Shown here: positions 17,257-27,605 of the stretch, piece after piece | How the letters are laid out: the number at the start of each line of letters is the position of its first letter | How positions within the stretch are numbered: the first letter of the stretch is position 1 | NCBI GenBank assembly: GCA_044450965.1 | Contig: JBIOJO010000014.1 | Span: 3,425-67,424, forward strand | Direction of reading: 5' to 3' | DNA from: Elusimicrobiota bacterium | GTDB lineage: Bacteria; Elusimicrobiota; Elusimicrobia; UBA1565; UBA9628 | Length of the DNA: 64,000 bases | Position numbers and translations under genes: made by a program | The notes under the pieces: generated by a model | The model's input: the letters and a program-made list of their open reading frames with translations, nothing else | What the model was told of the DNA's origin: nothing | The model's database searches: none

Positions 17257-19212
17257 ATGCCCACCCTACGGATTCACTGGAACCAGGTTCAAGGCGGCGC
17301 CTGGGCGGATTTTTTCGCCGTCAATCTCGACGACCCCCATTTCAACGCGCTGGAAGGAGTCTTCGTCGCCTGGCAGGGCGGCGCCGCGCCCGCGGTGATC
17401 GCCGTCGGCCAGGGCCCGATCCGCGAAGGGCTGAAAGAGCTTCGCGCCGCGCCCGCCATCGCGCTGTATCGCGGCGGGACCCTGTTCGCGTCCTGGGCGA
17501 AGGTCGAGAAAGTCGCGCGCCCCGGCGTCGCGCGCTATCTGATCGAGGCTCTGAAGCCGAAAATCTCCGAGGCCGCGCCCTCGACGCCGCCCATCGAGGT
17601 CAATCTCCCCGGCCGCGGAGACGCCGCGCCCGCGGACGTGGAGGCGCCGCCGCCCGGGCAGATCTACGCCAATCTGCTCGCTCCCGAATCGGGCGAGGTG
17701 AAGGAGGACCCTTCCGCCGTCGCCGCGAAGAAAGCCGCGGCCGCCGCCGCCGCCGCCGCCGAGGCCGCGCGCCAGACCGCGGAAGCCGCGCGCCAAGCGG
17801 AGGCCTCCGCCGCGGCGAGAGTGGAGATCGCGCTGAGGAACGACGCCGCGGTGAAGACCGAGATCGCGGCCGCCGCCCGCGCCGAGGTCACGGCCCGGAC
17901 CTCGGTGGTCGCCAATCTCCAGCTCCAGCCCGCGTTCAACAAGATGATCGCCGCGGCCAAGGAAGTCCCGAAGGCCGGCTTCTTCGGCGGCGGAGCGGCC
18001 AAGCCCCCGCCCAGCGCGGAGAAGCTGGTCAGCGACGTGGTCCAGATGATCCTGCTGGAGGCCCTGCGCATGCGCGCCTCCGACATCCACCTGGAGCCGC
18101 AGGAGCTGTATCTCCGCGTCCGCTACCGGATCGACGGCATCCTGGAGGAGGTCCTGCAGGTGCCGCACGACCTCAACCTGCGCGTGGTTTCCAACGTGCG
18201 CGTGCAGTGCAGCTTGGACCCGGAGAAGCTCTCGGGCGGAAAGCCCGAGGACGGCCGCGTCTCCGTGAAGCTGGACGGGCGCGAGGCCGACCTGCGCCTG
18301 TCCACCTTCCCCACGCCGTACGGCGACAAGGCCGTCCTGCGCGTGATCCCGCGCGCGACGAAGACCGTGACCTTGGACGACCTTGGGCTTGAGCCGCGCT
18401 CGGCCGAACTGTTCCGCTCCGTCCTCTCGCGCCCCCAGGGCCTGATCATCGTCACCGGACCGACCGGCAGCGGCAAATCGAACACGATGTACGCCGCCCT
18501 CCACGCGCTCAACGACGCGACCCGCAACATCGTGACGCTGGAGGATCCGATCGAGCGCAAGCTCGCCGGCGTCACCCAGGGCATGATCCAGCCCAAGCAG
18601 GGCTTCGGCTTCGCCGAGGGTCTGCGCGCCATCCTGCGCCAGGACCCGAACGTGATCATGGTCGGAGAGATCCGCGACACGGAGACCGCCGACATCGCCT
18701 TGAGCGCCTCGATGACGGGCCATCTGCTCCTGACCACGCTGCACACCGTCAGCGCTCTGGGCGCGGTCGGACGCCTGATCGACATGGGCCTGGAGCCGTT
18801 CCTGGTCGCCTCCGCGCTGACGGCGGTCACCGCCCAGCGCCTGGCGCGCGCCATCTGCCCCGCGTGCGCCGAGCCGTGCGCTCCCACCGCCGAACAGCTC
18901 GCCGAGGTGGAGGTGCGCGCGCGCAAGGCCGCGATCTCCGTTCCGGACGGCCTCGCGCGCAACCTGAAGAAGGGGAACGGCTGCGACGCGTGCCGCGGCA
19001 CGGGGTACCAAGGACGCCTCCTCATCTTCGAGGCCGTGGTGGTCACCCCGCCGCTGCGCGAGGTCATCCTGGCGAAAGGCGACATCGACCATCTCCGGGC
19101 CGCGGCCGCCCGCAGCGGCATGGAGCCGCTGCTCCTGGACGGGCTGCGCAAGGCCGCGGCCGGGCGCACGACCTTGGCCGAGATCCTGCGCGTCGTGGAC
19201 GCGGCGGAATAA
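17257..19212 (+). CDS. GspE/PilB-family secretion ATPase with atypical GIY-YIG-like N-terminal domain
   Basis: ASDIHLEP, RYRIDG, Walker A GPTGSGKS, TLEDPIE, LRQDPNVIMVGEIRD, TGHLLLTTLH, Zn motif CPAC...CDAC. Confidence 0.92.
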   Translation: MPTLRIHWNQVQGGAWADFFAVNLDDPHFNALEGVFVAWQGGAAPAVIAVGQGPIREGLKELRAAPAIALYRGGTLFASWAKVEKVARPGVARYLIEALKPKISEAAPSTPPIEVNLPGRGDAAPADVEAPPPGQIYANLLAPESGEVKEDPSAVAAKKAAAAAAAAAEAARQTAEAARQAEASAAARVEIALRNDAAVKTEIAAAARAEVTARTSVVANLQLQPAFNKMIAAAKEVPKAGFFGGGAAKPPPSAEKLVSDVVQMILLEALRMRASDIHLEPQELYLRVRYRIDGILEEVLQVPHDLNLRVVSNVRVQCSLDPEKLSGGKPEDGRVSVKLDGREADLRLSTFPTPYGDKAVLRVIPRATKTVTLDDLGLEPRSAELFRSVLSRPQGLIIVTGPTGSGKSNTMYAALHALNDATRNIVTLEDPIERKLAGVTQGMIQPKQGFGFAEGLRAILRQDPNVIMVGEIRDTETADIALSASMTGHLLLTTLHTVSALGAVGRLIDMGLEPFLVASALTAVTAQRLARAICPACAEPCAPTAEQLAEVEVRARKAAISVPDGLARNLKKGNGCDACRGTGYQGRLLIFEAVVVTPPLREVILAKGDIDHLRAAAARSGMEPLLLDGLRKAAAGRTTLAEILRVVDAAE

Positions 19213-19213
19213 T

Positions 19214-20038
19214 TCAGCGCGCGCCGATCAGCGCGCCCGCGACGATCAGCGCGCCGGCCCCGGCGGACGCGGCGGTGAGACGCCCCTGCCCGAGAAGCGC
19301 GATCAGGGCCGTGGAGAACAGCGGCGTCAGGTACGCCAGCGTGCCGATCACGCGCGGATCGCCGTCCTTCATCGCGCGGTCCCACAGATAAAACGACGCG
19401 CCCATGGGCCCCAAGCCGATGAACAGCAGGAACGGAAATTCGGCGCGCGTCACGGAGTAGGACGGCTCGAACAGGAAATGGCACGCCAGCGCCAGGACGC
19501 CGGAGACCAGGCAGAACACCGAGACGGTCGACGTCGGAAACCCGCCGAAGCGCTTGGTCATCAACGAGTACGTGGACCAGATGACCGCGGCGGCGACCGC
19601 CAGCGCGTAGCCCGGCAACGACGCGGACGAAAAACTGGTACGGCCGCCGGTCACGATCATGGCGGCCCCGGCGAAACCCAAGACGACGCCGCCGATATGA
19701 CGAGGGCCCAACTTCGCTCCGGGCACGAACAATGGACTCAGCACGACGATCAAGAGCGGCCATAAATAATTGAGAAGATTGGCCTCCACCGGCGGCGCTA
19801 GACGCAGGGCCATGAAGGCGCAAAGGTGATAGAGAAATAATCCGTAGACGCCGAGGAGCAGGATTCCGGGCTTCAAGCCCCGGAAGGTCAGGCCGCGCAG
19901 CCCGACGAGCGACCCCAACGTTAACGCGCATCCAAGGAGGAGGAACGGAGGCACCGCTCTCAAGCGAATCGCCAGCGCGGCGAAGGAGCTCCACAGGGCC
20001 AGGGCGGCCAGCGCCAGCGCGACGGGACGGTCGATCAC
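19214..20038 (-). CDS. DMT/EamA-family permease
   Basis: About 10 TM segments. LAPPVEANLLNYLWP and GDPRVIGTLAYLTP motifs. GTG at 20038. Confidence 0.88.
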   Translation of the reverse strand: MIDRPVALALAALALWSSFAALAIRLRAVPPFLLLGCALTLGSLVGLRGLTFRGLKPGILLLGVYGLFLYHLCAFMALRLAPPVEANLLNYLWPLLIVVLSPLFVPGAKLGPRHIGGVVLGFAGAAMIVTGGRTSFSSASLPGYALAVAAAVIWSTYSLMTKRFGGFPTSTVSVFCLVSGVLALACHFLFEPSYSVTRAEFPFLLFIGLGPMGASFYLWDRAMKDGDPRVIGTLAYLTPLFSTALIALLGQGRLTAASAGAGALIVAGALIGAR

Positions 20039-20066
20039 GGTGAAGTTTGCTAAAATCCTCCGCGAG

Positions 20067-20375
20067 ATGTCCAACCCCATCGAACTGTCCAACGTCCGCG
20101 TGTTCGACGTTCTGCGCAACCTGCTCAGCCTGGAGCTGGGCGTCGTCGTCGGCTTCGAAGGCGACAAGGTCGACCTGGTGGACAAGACCGGAGCGATCGT
20201 GCGCTTCAAATTGGGCGAATCCTTCATCCGCGTCTCCGACGACGAGGCCATCGCCTTCCGCGCGCTGACCCAGGCCCTGCGCCGCGAGCGCCTGAAGGCC
20301 AACCCGCGCAAGAAGAAGCCCGTCCGCAAGCCGTCGGTCAAGCGCAAGGTCCGTTCCGCCAAGCGAAGACCGTGA
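20067..20375 (+). CDS. Small hypothetical protein with basic C-terminal tail
   Basis: Strong codon bias. Extended -10 TGCTAAAAT at 20048-20056. Stop overlaps purD start. Confidence 0.7.
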   Translation: MSNPIELSNVRVFDVLRNLLSLELGVVVGFEGDKVDLVDKTGAIVRFKLGESFIRVSDDEAIAFRALTQALRRERLKANPRKKKPVRKPSVKRKVRSAKRRP

Positions 20376-21634
20376 AGGTCCTCCTGCTCGGCGGCGGCGG
20401 ACGCGAGCACGCGATCGCCTGGAAGCTGGCGCAAAGCCCGCTGCTGACCAAGCTGTGGGCCGCGCCCGGCTCCGACGCGATCGCGTCCCTGGCCGAACGC
20501 GTCCCGCTGGACCCGCTGGACCCCGCCGCGGTCGCGGGCTTCGTCACGGCCAACCGCGTGGACCTGGTCTTCGTCGGGCCCGAGGCTCCGCTGCTGTCGG
20601 GCTCCTCGGACGGGGCGCGCGCCGCCGGCGCGCTGGTGTTCGGCCCCTCGCAGGCCGCCGCGCGCCTGGAGACCTCGAAGCAATTCGCCAAGGAGTTCAT
20701 GGGCCTGCACGGCGTGCCCACGGCCCGCGCCCGCGGCTGCGTGAACGCGCGCGAGGCGAAGGAAGCCGCGCGCGGTTTCCACGGCCACTGCGCGGTGAAG
20801 GCCGACGGCCTGGCCGGCGGCAAGGGCGTGATCGTCTGTCATTCGATAGCGGAAGCCGACGCCGCCATCGAGGAGCTCGCCTCGACCACGGCCGGCCGCA
20901 CGCTCGTGATCGAGGAGCGTCTCGAGGGCCCGGAAGTCACGGTGATGGGCCTTGTCGACGGCCGCGGCTGGGCGGTCCTGCCCCTGAGCCAGGATCACAA
21001 GCGCCTGCATGAAGGCGACGCGGGCCCCAACACGGGCGGCATGGGCGCGCTCTCCCCCGCCCCGCTCGACGACGCGACTTGGGCCCGGATCAAGACCGAG
21101 GTGCTCGACCGCACGCTCGAAGGGCTGAACAAGAGCGGCTTCGATTATCGCGGCGCTCTGTACGCGGGCGTCATGCTGACCGCCGACGGGCCGAAGGTTC
21201 TGGAGTACAACTGCCGCTTCGGCGATCCGGAGACCCAGGCCGTCCTCCCTCTCCTCGACGCGGACCTGCTCCAGCTCGCCGCCGACTGCGCGGCCGGCAC
21301 CCTGACCCACAGGATTCTTCCCGTTCACCGCGGCGCGTGCGTCGGGATCACGCTCGCCAGCCCCGGCTATCCCGAGGCGCCGAAGGCGGGCACCGCCATC
21401 GACCTCAACGGCGCCGATCGTCTTCCCGACACCTTGATCTTCCACGCCGGAACGAAGAGGACTCCGTTGGGCTGGATCGCGACGGGCGGCCGGGCGCTGA
21501 CCGTCGTGGGCTGCGGCTCGGACCTTGCCGTCGCGCGCGCGCGCGCGTACGCCGCCGTGGACCGCCTGCGCGCTCCGGGACTGCAGTACCGCCGCGACAT
21601 CGCCGCCAAGGCGCTGGGGAGAGTCATCGCATGA
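20372..21634 (+). CDS. purD: Phosphoribosylamine--glycine ligase
   Basis: [31 protein letters not shown]...[20 protein letters not shown]. Confidence 0.98.
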   Translation: MKVLLLGGGGREHAIAWKLAQSPLLTKLWAAPGSDAIASLAERVPLDPLDPAAVAGFVTANRVDLVFVGPEAPLLSGSSDGARAAGALVFGPSQAAARLETSKQFAKEFMGLHGVPTARARGCVNAREAKEAARGFHGHCAVKADGLAGGKGVIVCHSIAEADAAIEELASTTAGRTLVIEERLEGPEVTVMGLVDGRGWAVLPLSQDHKRLHEGDAGPNTGGMGALSPAPLDDATWARIKTEVLDRTLEGLNKSGFDYRGALYAGVMLTADGPKVLEYNCRFGDPETQAVLPLLDADLLQLAADCAAGTLTHRILPVHRGACVGITLASPGYPEAPKAGTAIDLNGADRLPDTLIFHAGTKRTPLGWIATGGRALTVVGCGSDLAVARARAYAAVDRLRAPGLQYRRDIAAKALGRVIA

Positions 21635-22131
21635 AGCGCTCCGGGAAAATGCCGTTGGTCGGGATCATCATGGGCTCGCAGTCGGACTGGGAGACGATGA
21701 AGGCCGCGTCCGAGGTCCTGGACTCCTACGGCATCCCGCACGAAGCGGAGGTCGTCTCCGCCCACCGCACGCCCGACAAGCTGATGAAGTACGCCGCGTC
21801 GGCTGAGGCGCGCGGATTGAAGATCGTCATCGCCGGCGCCGGCGGCGCCGCCCACCTTCCCGGGATGGCCGCGTCGAAGACGTGCCTCCCGGTCCTGGGC
21901 GTGCCGGTCTCGTCGAAGGCGCTCAAAGGGCTGGACTCGCTGCTGTCCATCGCGCAGATGCCGCGCGGGATCGCCGTCGGCACGCTCGCCATCGGCGAGG
22001 CGGGCGCGGCGAACGCGGGGCATCTGGCCGCGCAGATCCTGGCGCTGTCGGACCCCTCCCTGGCCCGCCGCGTGAAGACCTTCCGCGCGCTTCAGACCGC
22101 GAAGGTGCTGAAAGGACGGCTCAAGCGGTGA
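21631..22131 (+). CDS. purE: N5-CAIR mutase
   Basis: ATG at 21631. [36 protein letters not shown]. Confidence 0.98.
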   Translation: MKRSGKMPLVGIIMGSQSDWETMKAASEVLDSYGIPHEAEVVSAHRTPDKLMKYAASAEARGLKIVIAGAGGAAHLPGMAASKTCLPVLGVPVSSKALKGLDSLLSIAQMPRGIAVGTLAIGEAGAANAGHLAAQILALSDPSLARRVKTFRALQTAKVLKGRLKR

Positions 22132-23255
22132 AGCCGCTCTCTCCCGGGAAGACTCTCGGGATCCTGGGCGGCGGCCAGCTGGGCCGCCTGATCGCCGAAG
22201 CCGCGAAGACGCTCGGCTACCGGACCGCGGGGCTCGACTCGGCGCCGGACTCCCCCGCCCTGCAGGTCGTCGACGCGCCGGTCGTGGGCCCCGTCGACGA
22301 CACGGCGGCCGCGCGGCGCCTGGCGGAGGCCAGCGACGTCGTCACATTGGAATGGGAATTGATCCCGGCTCCGGTCTTGGAGGAAGTCGCGCGCCTCAAG
22401 CCCCTCTTCCCGGCGCCGTCCGTGCTGGCGCTCATTCGCGATCGGCTCACGCAGAGACGCTTTCTCGCGAAGCACGGCTTCCCGCAGACCGAACACGGAG
22501 AAGCCGCTTCCGCCGGCGACGTTCCTCATTACCCGGTCATCGTGAAACGCCGCACGCACGGCTACGACGGAAAAGGCCAGGCCCGCCTGAATTCGTCCGA
22601 AGAGGCGGCGAAAGCGGCCGACGTCTTCCAGGCGCCTTGCATCTGGGAAAAATTGGTGCCGTTCCAAAAAGAGATTTCCGTGATCCTGGCCCGCGGACAG
22701 GACGGGAAAACGTCGATCTATCCCATCGCGGAAAATCTTCATCGCAACGGCATCCTGCACGCCACGCGCGCTCCGGCGGAAATCTCGGACGACGTCGCGC
22801 GCCGCGCGGAGAAGCTGGCGGTGGAAATCGCCGAAGCGTTGGGACATGTCGGCGTCATGGCGGTAGAAATGTTCTTGTTGGCCGACGGCGGACTGCTCGT
22901 CAACGAAATCGCGCCGCGGGTGCATAACAGCGGACATTACACGTTGGGCGGCTGCGTGACGTCGCAATTCGAACAACACGTCCGAGCGGCGTGCGGACTC
23001 CCGTTCGGACCGACGACGATGAAGGGGTCCGCGGTCATGGTGAACCTTATGGGCGACCTATGGGAGAACGGCGTTCCCGATTGGAAACGGCTCGAGGGTA
23101 TACCCGGCTTGTCGCTGCACCTATACGGGAAATCAACGGCGCGACATGGCCGCAAGATGGGGCATTACGTCGTCGTCGGCGGCGGAGCCGCCGAGGAATG
23201 GCGCCGGGCCGACGAACGCCTGAACGCGCTGGCCCGAAGGTCCCTTCGGTCCTAG
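22128..23255 (+). CDS. purK: N5-CAIR synthetase
   Basis: GTG at 22128. [33 protein letters not shown]...GRKMGH. Confidence 0.97.
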   Translation: MKPLSPGKTLGILGGGQLGRLIAEAAKTLGYRTAGLDSAPDSPALQVVDAPVVGPVDDTAAARRLAEASDVVTLEWELIPAPVLEEVARLKPLFPAPSVLALIRDRLTQRRFLAKHGFPQTEHGEAASAGDVPHYPVIVKRRTHGYDGKGQARLNSSEEAAKAADVFQAPCIWEKLVPFQKEISVILARGQDGKTSIYPIAENLHRNGILHATRAPAEISDDVARRAEKLAVEIAEALGHVGVMAVEMFLLADGGLLVNEIAPRVHNSGHYTLGGCVTSQFEQHVRAACGLPFGPTTMKGSAVMVNLMGDLWENGVPDWKRLEGIPGLSLHLYGKSTARHGRKMGHYVVVGGGAAEEWRRADERLNALARRSLRS

Positions 23256-23337
23256 GCCCGTCGGGGCCCATTGCCGCGCCCGCGGGGGACCGGAAGTCCC
23301 GGTCGAGCTCTAGGGCCTCTTTTCTAGTATCGCCCCT

Positions 23338-26300
23338 ATGCGAAACCCCTCGACCGCCGCGCGCGCCCTCTCCATCTCTCTCGCCGCCGCCGTGCTCTGG
23401 ACCGCCCCCGGCCTGGCCGCCCACGCCGCCGCGGCGACGATCGTCCGCGCGCTCCCGGTCGCCGCGACTTTGCCCGCCGGCGCCGGCTCCGCCTTTTCGG
23501 CCGCGCCGCTTCCGGCCCTGAGCGCCGCCTCGGCGCCCTCGCTCGTCTCTCCTCTCGCCGCCGCCGCGATTTTGCCGCAGTCCGCCGCGCCCGTCGCCGC
23601 GCTTCCTCCGGCGGCCGCCGCCCCGGCCGCCGTTCCGGCCGCGCTCGCCGTCCTCCCCGCCGCGAGCGCGTCCGAGCGTCCGTCCGCCCTGGGTTCCGTC
23701 CGCGCCGCGGCGCTCCCCGCGCCGGCGGCCGAACGCCCCACCGTTTTGGGCCGCCTGTTCGACGGCGCGCTGTCCGGCGCCGGCCGCCTGGCGATGAGCG
23801 TCCTGCCCGCGGCCGCCGACGGTCCCGATTTCGAACGGCCCGCGCCCGGCCCGGGCCGCGCGCGCGTGACGCTCGCCTTCGACGGCGCCGTTCCGCCGAC
23901 CGACTTCGCGGCGGTTCTGCGCCGCCTCGACCAGTACTACGGCTTCAGGCCCGAGGGCGCGCCCTCCGCCTCCGAAGGCCGACGGATTGTGACCGGGACC
24001 GTGCCCACCGGCGCCGTGCTGGCCTTGGCCAACGCGAAGGAAGTGCGGGAGATGACCGTGCTCTCCGGCGCGCCCGCCCCGGAGTCCGGCCCGCGCTTCA
24101 AGAGCGCCGCGTCCCGCCTGATGAAAGCGGTGACCCCCGCCCCCGCGCGCGAGCCGTTCACGGCCGCGACGCGCAAGGTCGCCGACCTGGAAAAGCTGGC
24201 GAAGACCGATCCGGAAAAGGCCTACGCGCTCGCGACCGAGTACATCACCGGCCGCGGCGAGACCCGCCGAGAGGTCCGCATCGCCGCGCTGCGCGTTCTC
24301 GAGGCCATGCCGTTGGCGAAGGTCTTCCCTTTCTATCAGAAGATTCTCACGGCCTACGCCGACGAAAAGGTGCAGAACGCCAAGGCCGCCGCCTCCGACT
24401 CCGTGTGGTACATCCAGCGCGCGGTGCTGCTGCGCCTCGCTCGCGACGCCGCCGAGGCGAAATCCCTCCCCGACGCCGTCGGCCTGGCGAAAGCCCAATA
24501 CCAGGACCGGAACGCGTCGGTCCGCCTGGCCGCGGCCTCCGCGCTGCGCGCGCTGGGCGTCGACCCCGGCCCGGAAAACGAGCACCTGGCCCCGTCCGCC
24601 GCGCCGGCGTCCGGCGACGGCCCGTTCGCGACCGGCCCCCAGTCCATCAACTCCGAGATCAACGCCTACAACGACCCCATGGCGCCCGCCGCCCCCGGCT
24701 GGGGCAAGCGCCTGCTGAAGGCGCTGGCCGTCGGCTCCGTGATCGCCGCGATGCTGTGGGGCCTGTGGACCGTCTCCCAACCCCCGCGCTCCGCTCCGGC
24801 GCCGCGCCCCGCGGTCACTCAGACGGTCCAAGCTGCGGCGACGCCGGCCGTCTCCGCGGCCCCTTCGATTTCCGCCGCGAAGCCCGACACGGCCGCGACC
24901 GACCACCAGCTTCTCGAGAACATCGCGAAATCCGAGGAGCGCATCGCCAAGGCGCAGGAAGCCCAGCTCGCCGCGCAGCAGGCCGCGGCCAAGGGAGGAC
25001 TCTTCTCCGGCATCGGCGGCATGATCCTCAGCGCGATGATCTTCATGGGCGTCTTCTGGCTGTTCGGAAAGATTTTCAAGAAGATGGGCGGCGGCGCGTC
25101 CGGCGGCGGCATGAGCGCCTCCACCGAGACGAAGGCCGAAGTCGAGAAGCCCACCCAGCGCTTCTCCGACATCGAGGGCATCGACGAAAGCCTGGTGGAC
25201 GTCCAGGAGACGCTGGACTATCTGCGCGACCCCGCCCGCTTCGTGCGCATGGGCGCGCGCTCCCCGAAGGGCATCCTGTTCGAGGGCCCTCCCGGCACCG
25301 GAAAGACCCTGATGGCCCGCGCGCTGGCGGGCGAGACGAACGCCGCGTTCTTCGCGGTCTCCGGCTCCGACTTTGTGGAGCTGTTCGTGGGCATGGGCGC
25401 CCGCCGCGTGCGCGAACTGATCACGAAGGCCGCCAACCACAAGCCCGCGATCGTCTTCATCGACGAGATCGACGCGGTGGGCAAGGCCCGCGGCGCCGGC
25501 GGCATGTCCGGCTCCAACGACGAGCGCGAGCAGACCATCAACGCGCTCCTCACCGCCATGGACGGGTTCGACAACTCCGGAGGCATCATCTTCGTCGCCG
25601 CGACCAACCGCGCCGACACGCTGGACCCGGCGCTGCTGCGCCCCGGCCGCTTCGACCGCAAGATCTACGTCGGCAAGCCGCATATGGGCGGGCGCGAGGC
25701 GATCGCGACCATCCACGCCAAGGACAAGCGCCTGGCCCCCGAGCTGGACCTGATGTACGTGGCGCGCCGCACGGCGGGGCTGGCCGGCGCCGACATCCAG
25801 AACATCATGAACGAGGCGGCCCTGCAGGCGATCCGGCGCGGCTCCGACGCCATCGGCATGGAGGACGTGGACGAGGCCATCGACCGCGGCACCATCGGCG
25901 CCAAACGCAGCCTGCCGATGCCCGACGCGCTGAAGCGGCGCATCGCGTATCACGAGGCGGGCCACGTGCTGGCGAACCTGCTCAACGAGAACGAGAGCGT
26001 GCGGCAGAAGGTCAACAAGTTCACCATCGTCCCTCACGGCTCGGGCGCGCTCGGCTTCGCCGAGATGGGGTCGGAGGAAGGCGACAAGTACCTGTACACC
26101 CGCGAGGAGTTGGAGGCGCGCATCGACCACGCTCTCGGCGGCCTGGTCGCCGAAAAGCTGATCTACGGCAAGTCCGAGAAGATCCCGGCCGAGTGGTCCA
26201 CGGGCCCCGGCTCCGACCTGGAAATGGCCACCAACGTCGCGCGGACGATGGTGCAGACCCTCGGCATGGGCGAGGAGACGGGCCTGGCCGTCACCGCTCC

Positions 26301-26556
26301 CGACCGCCGCGACCCGATGGGCCGCGCGCCGTTCGGCGACGCCGTCGCCGAGAAGACCTGGGTCGAGGTCAACAAGATCCTGCTCGCGTCCTACAAGCGC
26401 GTGACCGAACGCCTGACGCGCAACCGCCACGTGCTGGAGGCGCTGACGCAGGCCGTGCTGACGAAGGAAACCTTGATCGGCGACGAGATCGAAGAGGTCG
26501 TGCGTCAGGCGGGGCCCGTCGGGCCGGCGGCGCCGCCCGCGGCTCCGACGAAGTGA
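23338..26556 (+). CDS. ftsH: ATP-dependent Zn metalloprotease FtsH with about 450-aa N-terminal extension
   Basis: Two TM helices, Walker A GPPGTGKT, FIDEIDAVG, ATNRADTLDPALLRPGRFDR, HEAGH Zn motif. Confidence 0.93.
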   Translation: MRNPSTAARALSISLAAAVLWTAPGLAAHAAAATIVRALPVAATLPAGAGSAFSAAPLPALSAASAPSLVSPLAAAAILPQSAAPVAALPPAAAAPAAVPAALAVLPAASASERPSALGSVRAAALPAPAAERPTVLGRLFDGALSGAGRLAMSVLPAAADGPDFERPAPGPGRARVTLAFDGAVPPTDFAAVLRRLDQYYGFRPEGAPSASEGRRIVTGTVPTGAVLALANAKEVREMTVLSGAPAPESGPRFKSAASRLMKAVTPAPAREPFTAATRKVADLEKLAKTDPEKAYALATEYITGRGETRREVRIAALRVLEAMPLAKVFPFYQKILTAYADEKVQNAKAAASDSVWYIQRAVLLRLARDAAEAKSLPDAVGLAKAQYQDRNASVRLAAASALRALGVDPGPENEHLAPSAAPASGDGPFATGPQSINSEINAYNDPMAPAAPGWGKRLLKALAVGSVIAAMLWGLWTVSQPPRSAPAPRPAVTQTVQAAATPAVSAAPSISAAKPDTAATDHQLLENIAKSEERIAKAQEAQLAAQQAAAKGGLFSGIGGMILSAMIFMGVFWLFGKIFKKMGGGASGGGMSASTETKAEVEKPTQRFSDIEGIDESLVDVQETLDYLRDPARFVRMGARSPKGILFEGPPGTGKTLMARALAGETNAAFFAVSGSDFVELFVGMGARRVRELITKAANHKPAIVFIDEIDAVGKARGAGGMSGSNDEREQTINALLTAMDGFDNSGGIIFVAATNRADTLDPALLRPGRFDRKIYVGKPHMGGREAIATIHAKDKRLAPELDLMYVARRTAGLAGADIQNIMNEAALQAIRRGSDAIGMEDVDEAIDRGTIGAKRSLPMPDALKRRIAYHEAGHVLANLLNENESVRQKVNKFTIVPHGSGALGFAEMGSEEGDKYLYTREELEARIDHALGGLVAEKLIYGKSEKIPAEWSTGPGSDLEMATNVARTMVQTLGMGEETGLAVTAPDRRDPMGRAPFGDAVAEKTWVEVNKILLASYKRVTERLTRNRHVLEALTQAVLTKETLIGDEIEEVVRQAGPVGPAAPPAAPTK

Positions 26557-26606
26557 TCATCGTTTAAGGGCTGGCGAAATCGACGGACCGGGGTTATATT
26601 ATCCGC

Positions 26607-27599
26607 ATGAGAACCCCTCGCGCGTCCTCCCCGTGGATGGCGTACGCCCTCGTCTCGGCCGGCCTTCTTTTCCCTTGCCGCGCGTCCGCCTGGTCGGCCA
26701 ACGGGCATAAGACCGTCGCGCTGATCGCCGAAAGCAGGCTCAGCGAGACCTCGAAGGCCGCGATCGCCGCCATCCTGGGTCCGACCGCCACTCTCGACGC
26801 GATCGCGCCGTGCGCGGACGACATCCGCGGGAAAAGCGGCTTCGATTGCGCCGGACTCCAGCTGGCCGCCGATCCGCAGAGCCAGCCCTGGCATTTCGTG
26901 GACGCGCCCATCACCGCGTCTCCGGCCGCCGCGCCCGACCTCGAGGCTTTCTGCCCCGGCGGCGCCTGCGTGGTGGATCAGATTCGGGCGGCGCTAAAGA
27001 CCCTGCAGGACTCCTCCCCGACTTTGGCCGCGAACGACAAGCAGGTCGCGCTGATGTTCCTGGTGCACTTCGTCGGCGACGTCCACCAGCCGCTGCACTG
27101 CGCCAACGAGATCGTCAACGGCGTCAACGACCGCGGCGGGAACCTGAAAAAAGTGGCCTACAACGGCGTCGCCTCCCCCGGAGGCTTCGCGCTGAACCTG
27201 CACGCGCTTTGGGATCATCAGATCAACTCCTCGGACACGAACGATCCCGCCGCCACCAGCCGGAGGCTGATCGCAGATCTGCAGAACAAGGACGTGAGCT
27301 CCTGGCTGGCCGGAGATTTCGTCGGCGGGGCGGCGCTGGAAAGCTTCGCGATCGCGAAGGGAACGGTCTACCCCGCGTACTACGCGCAGAATCCCATGGC
27401 CCTGGGCGCGGACTACCAGCGCCAGATGCAGCCCATCGTCGACGAGCGCTTGGAGCGGGCGGGCGTTCGCCTGGCCGCGCTGCTGGAGCAGGCATTCGCT
27501 CCCCAGTCTCCCGCCGCCGTCGCGGGGCGCGCCGCCGCCCTCGCGACGCCGCCGCCCGCCGCGATCAAGAGCGCGTCCTTCGACGGCGCCCGGAAGTAG
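26607..27599 (+). CDS. Secreted S1/P1 nuclease
   Basis: Signal peptide then WSANGH. WHFVD, HFVGDVHQPLH, DRGGN and NLHALWD Zn-ligand motifs. Confidence 0.93.
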   Translation: MRTPRASSPWMAYALVSAGLLFPCRASAWSANGHKTVALIAESRLSETSKAAIAAILGPTATLDAIAPCADDIRGKSGFDCAGLQLAADPQSQPWHFVDAPITASPAAAPDLEAFCPGGACVVDQIRAALKTLQDSSPTLAANDKQVALMFLVHFVGDVHQPLHCANEIVNGVNDRGGNLKKVAYNGVASPGGFALNLHALWDHQINSSDTNDPAATSRRLIADLQNKDVSSWLAGDFVGGAALESFAIAKGTVYPAYYAQNPMALGADYQRQMQPIVDERLERAGVRLAALLEQAFAPQSPAAVAGRAAALATPPPAAIKSASFDGARK

Positions 27600-27605
27600 C
27601 CGGCG

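Noticed and set aside
17720-17900. GCC-rich tandem repeats
   Set aside because: They encode an Ala-rich coiled-coil linker (AEAARQ repeats), not an array or mobile repeat.
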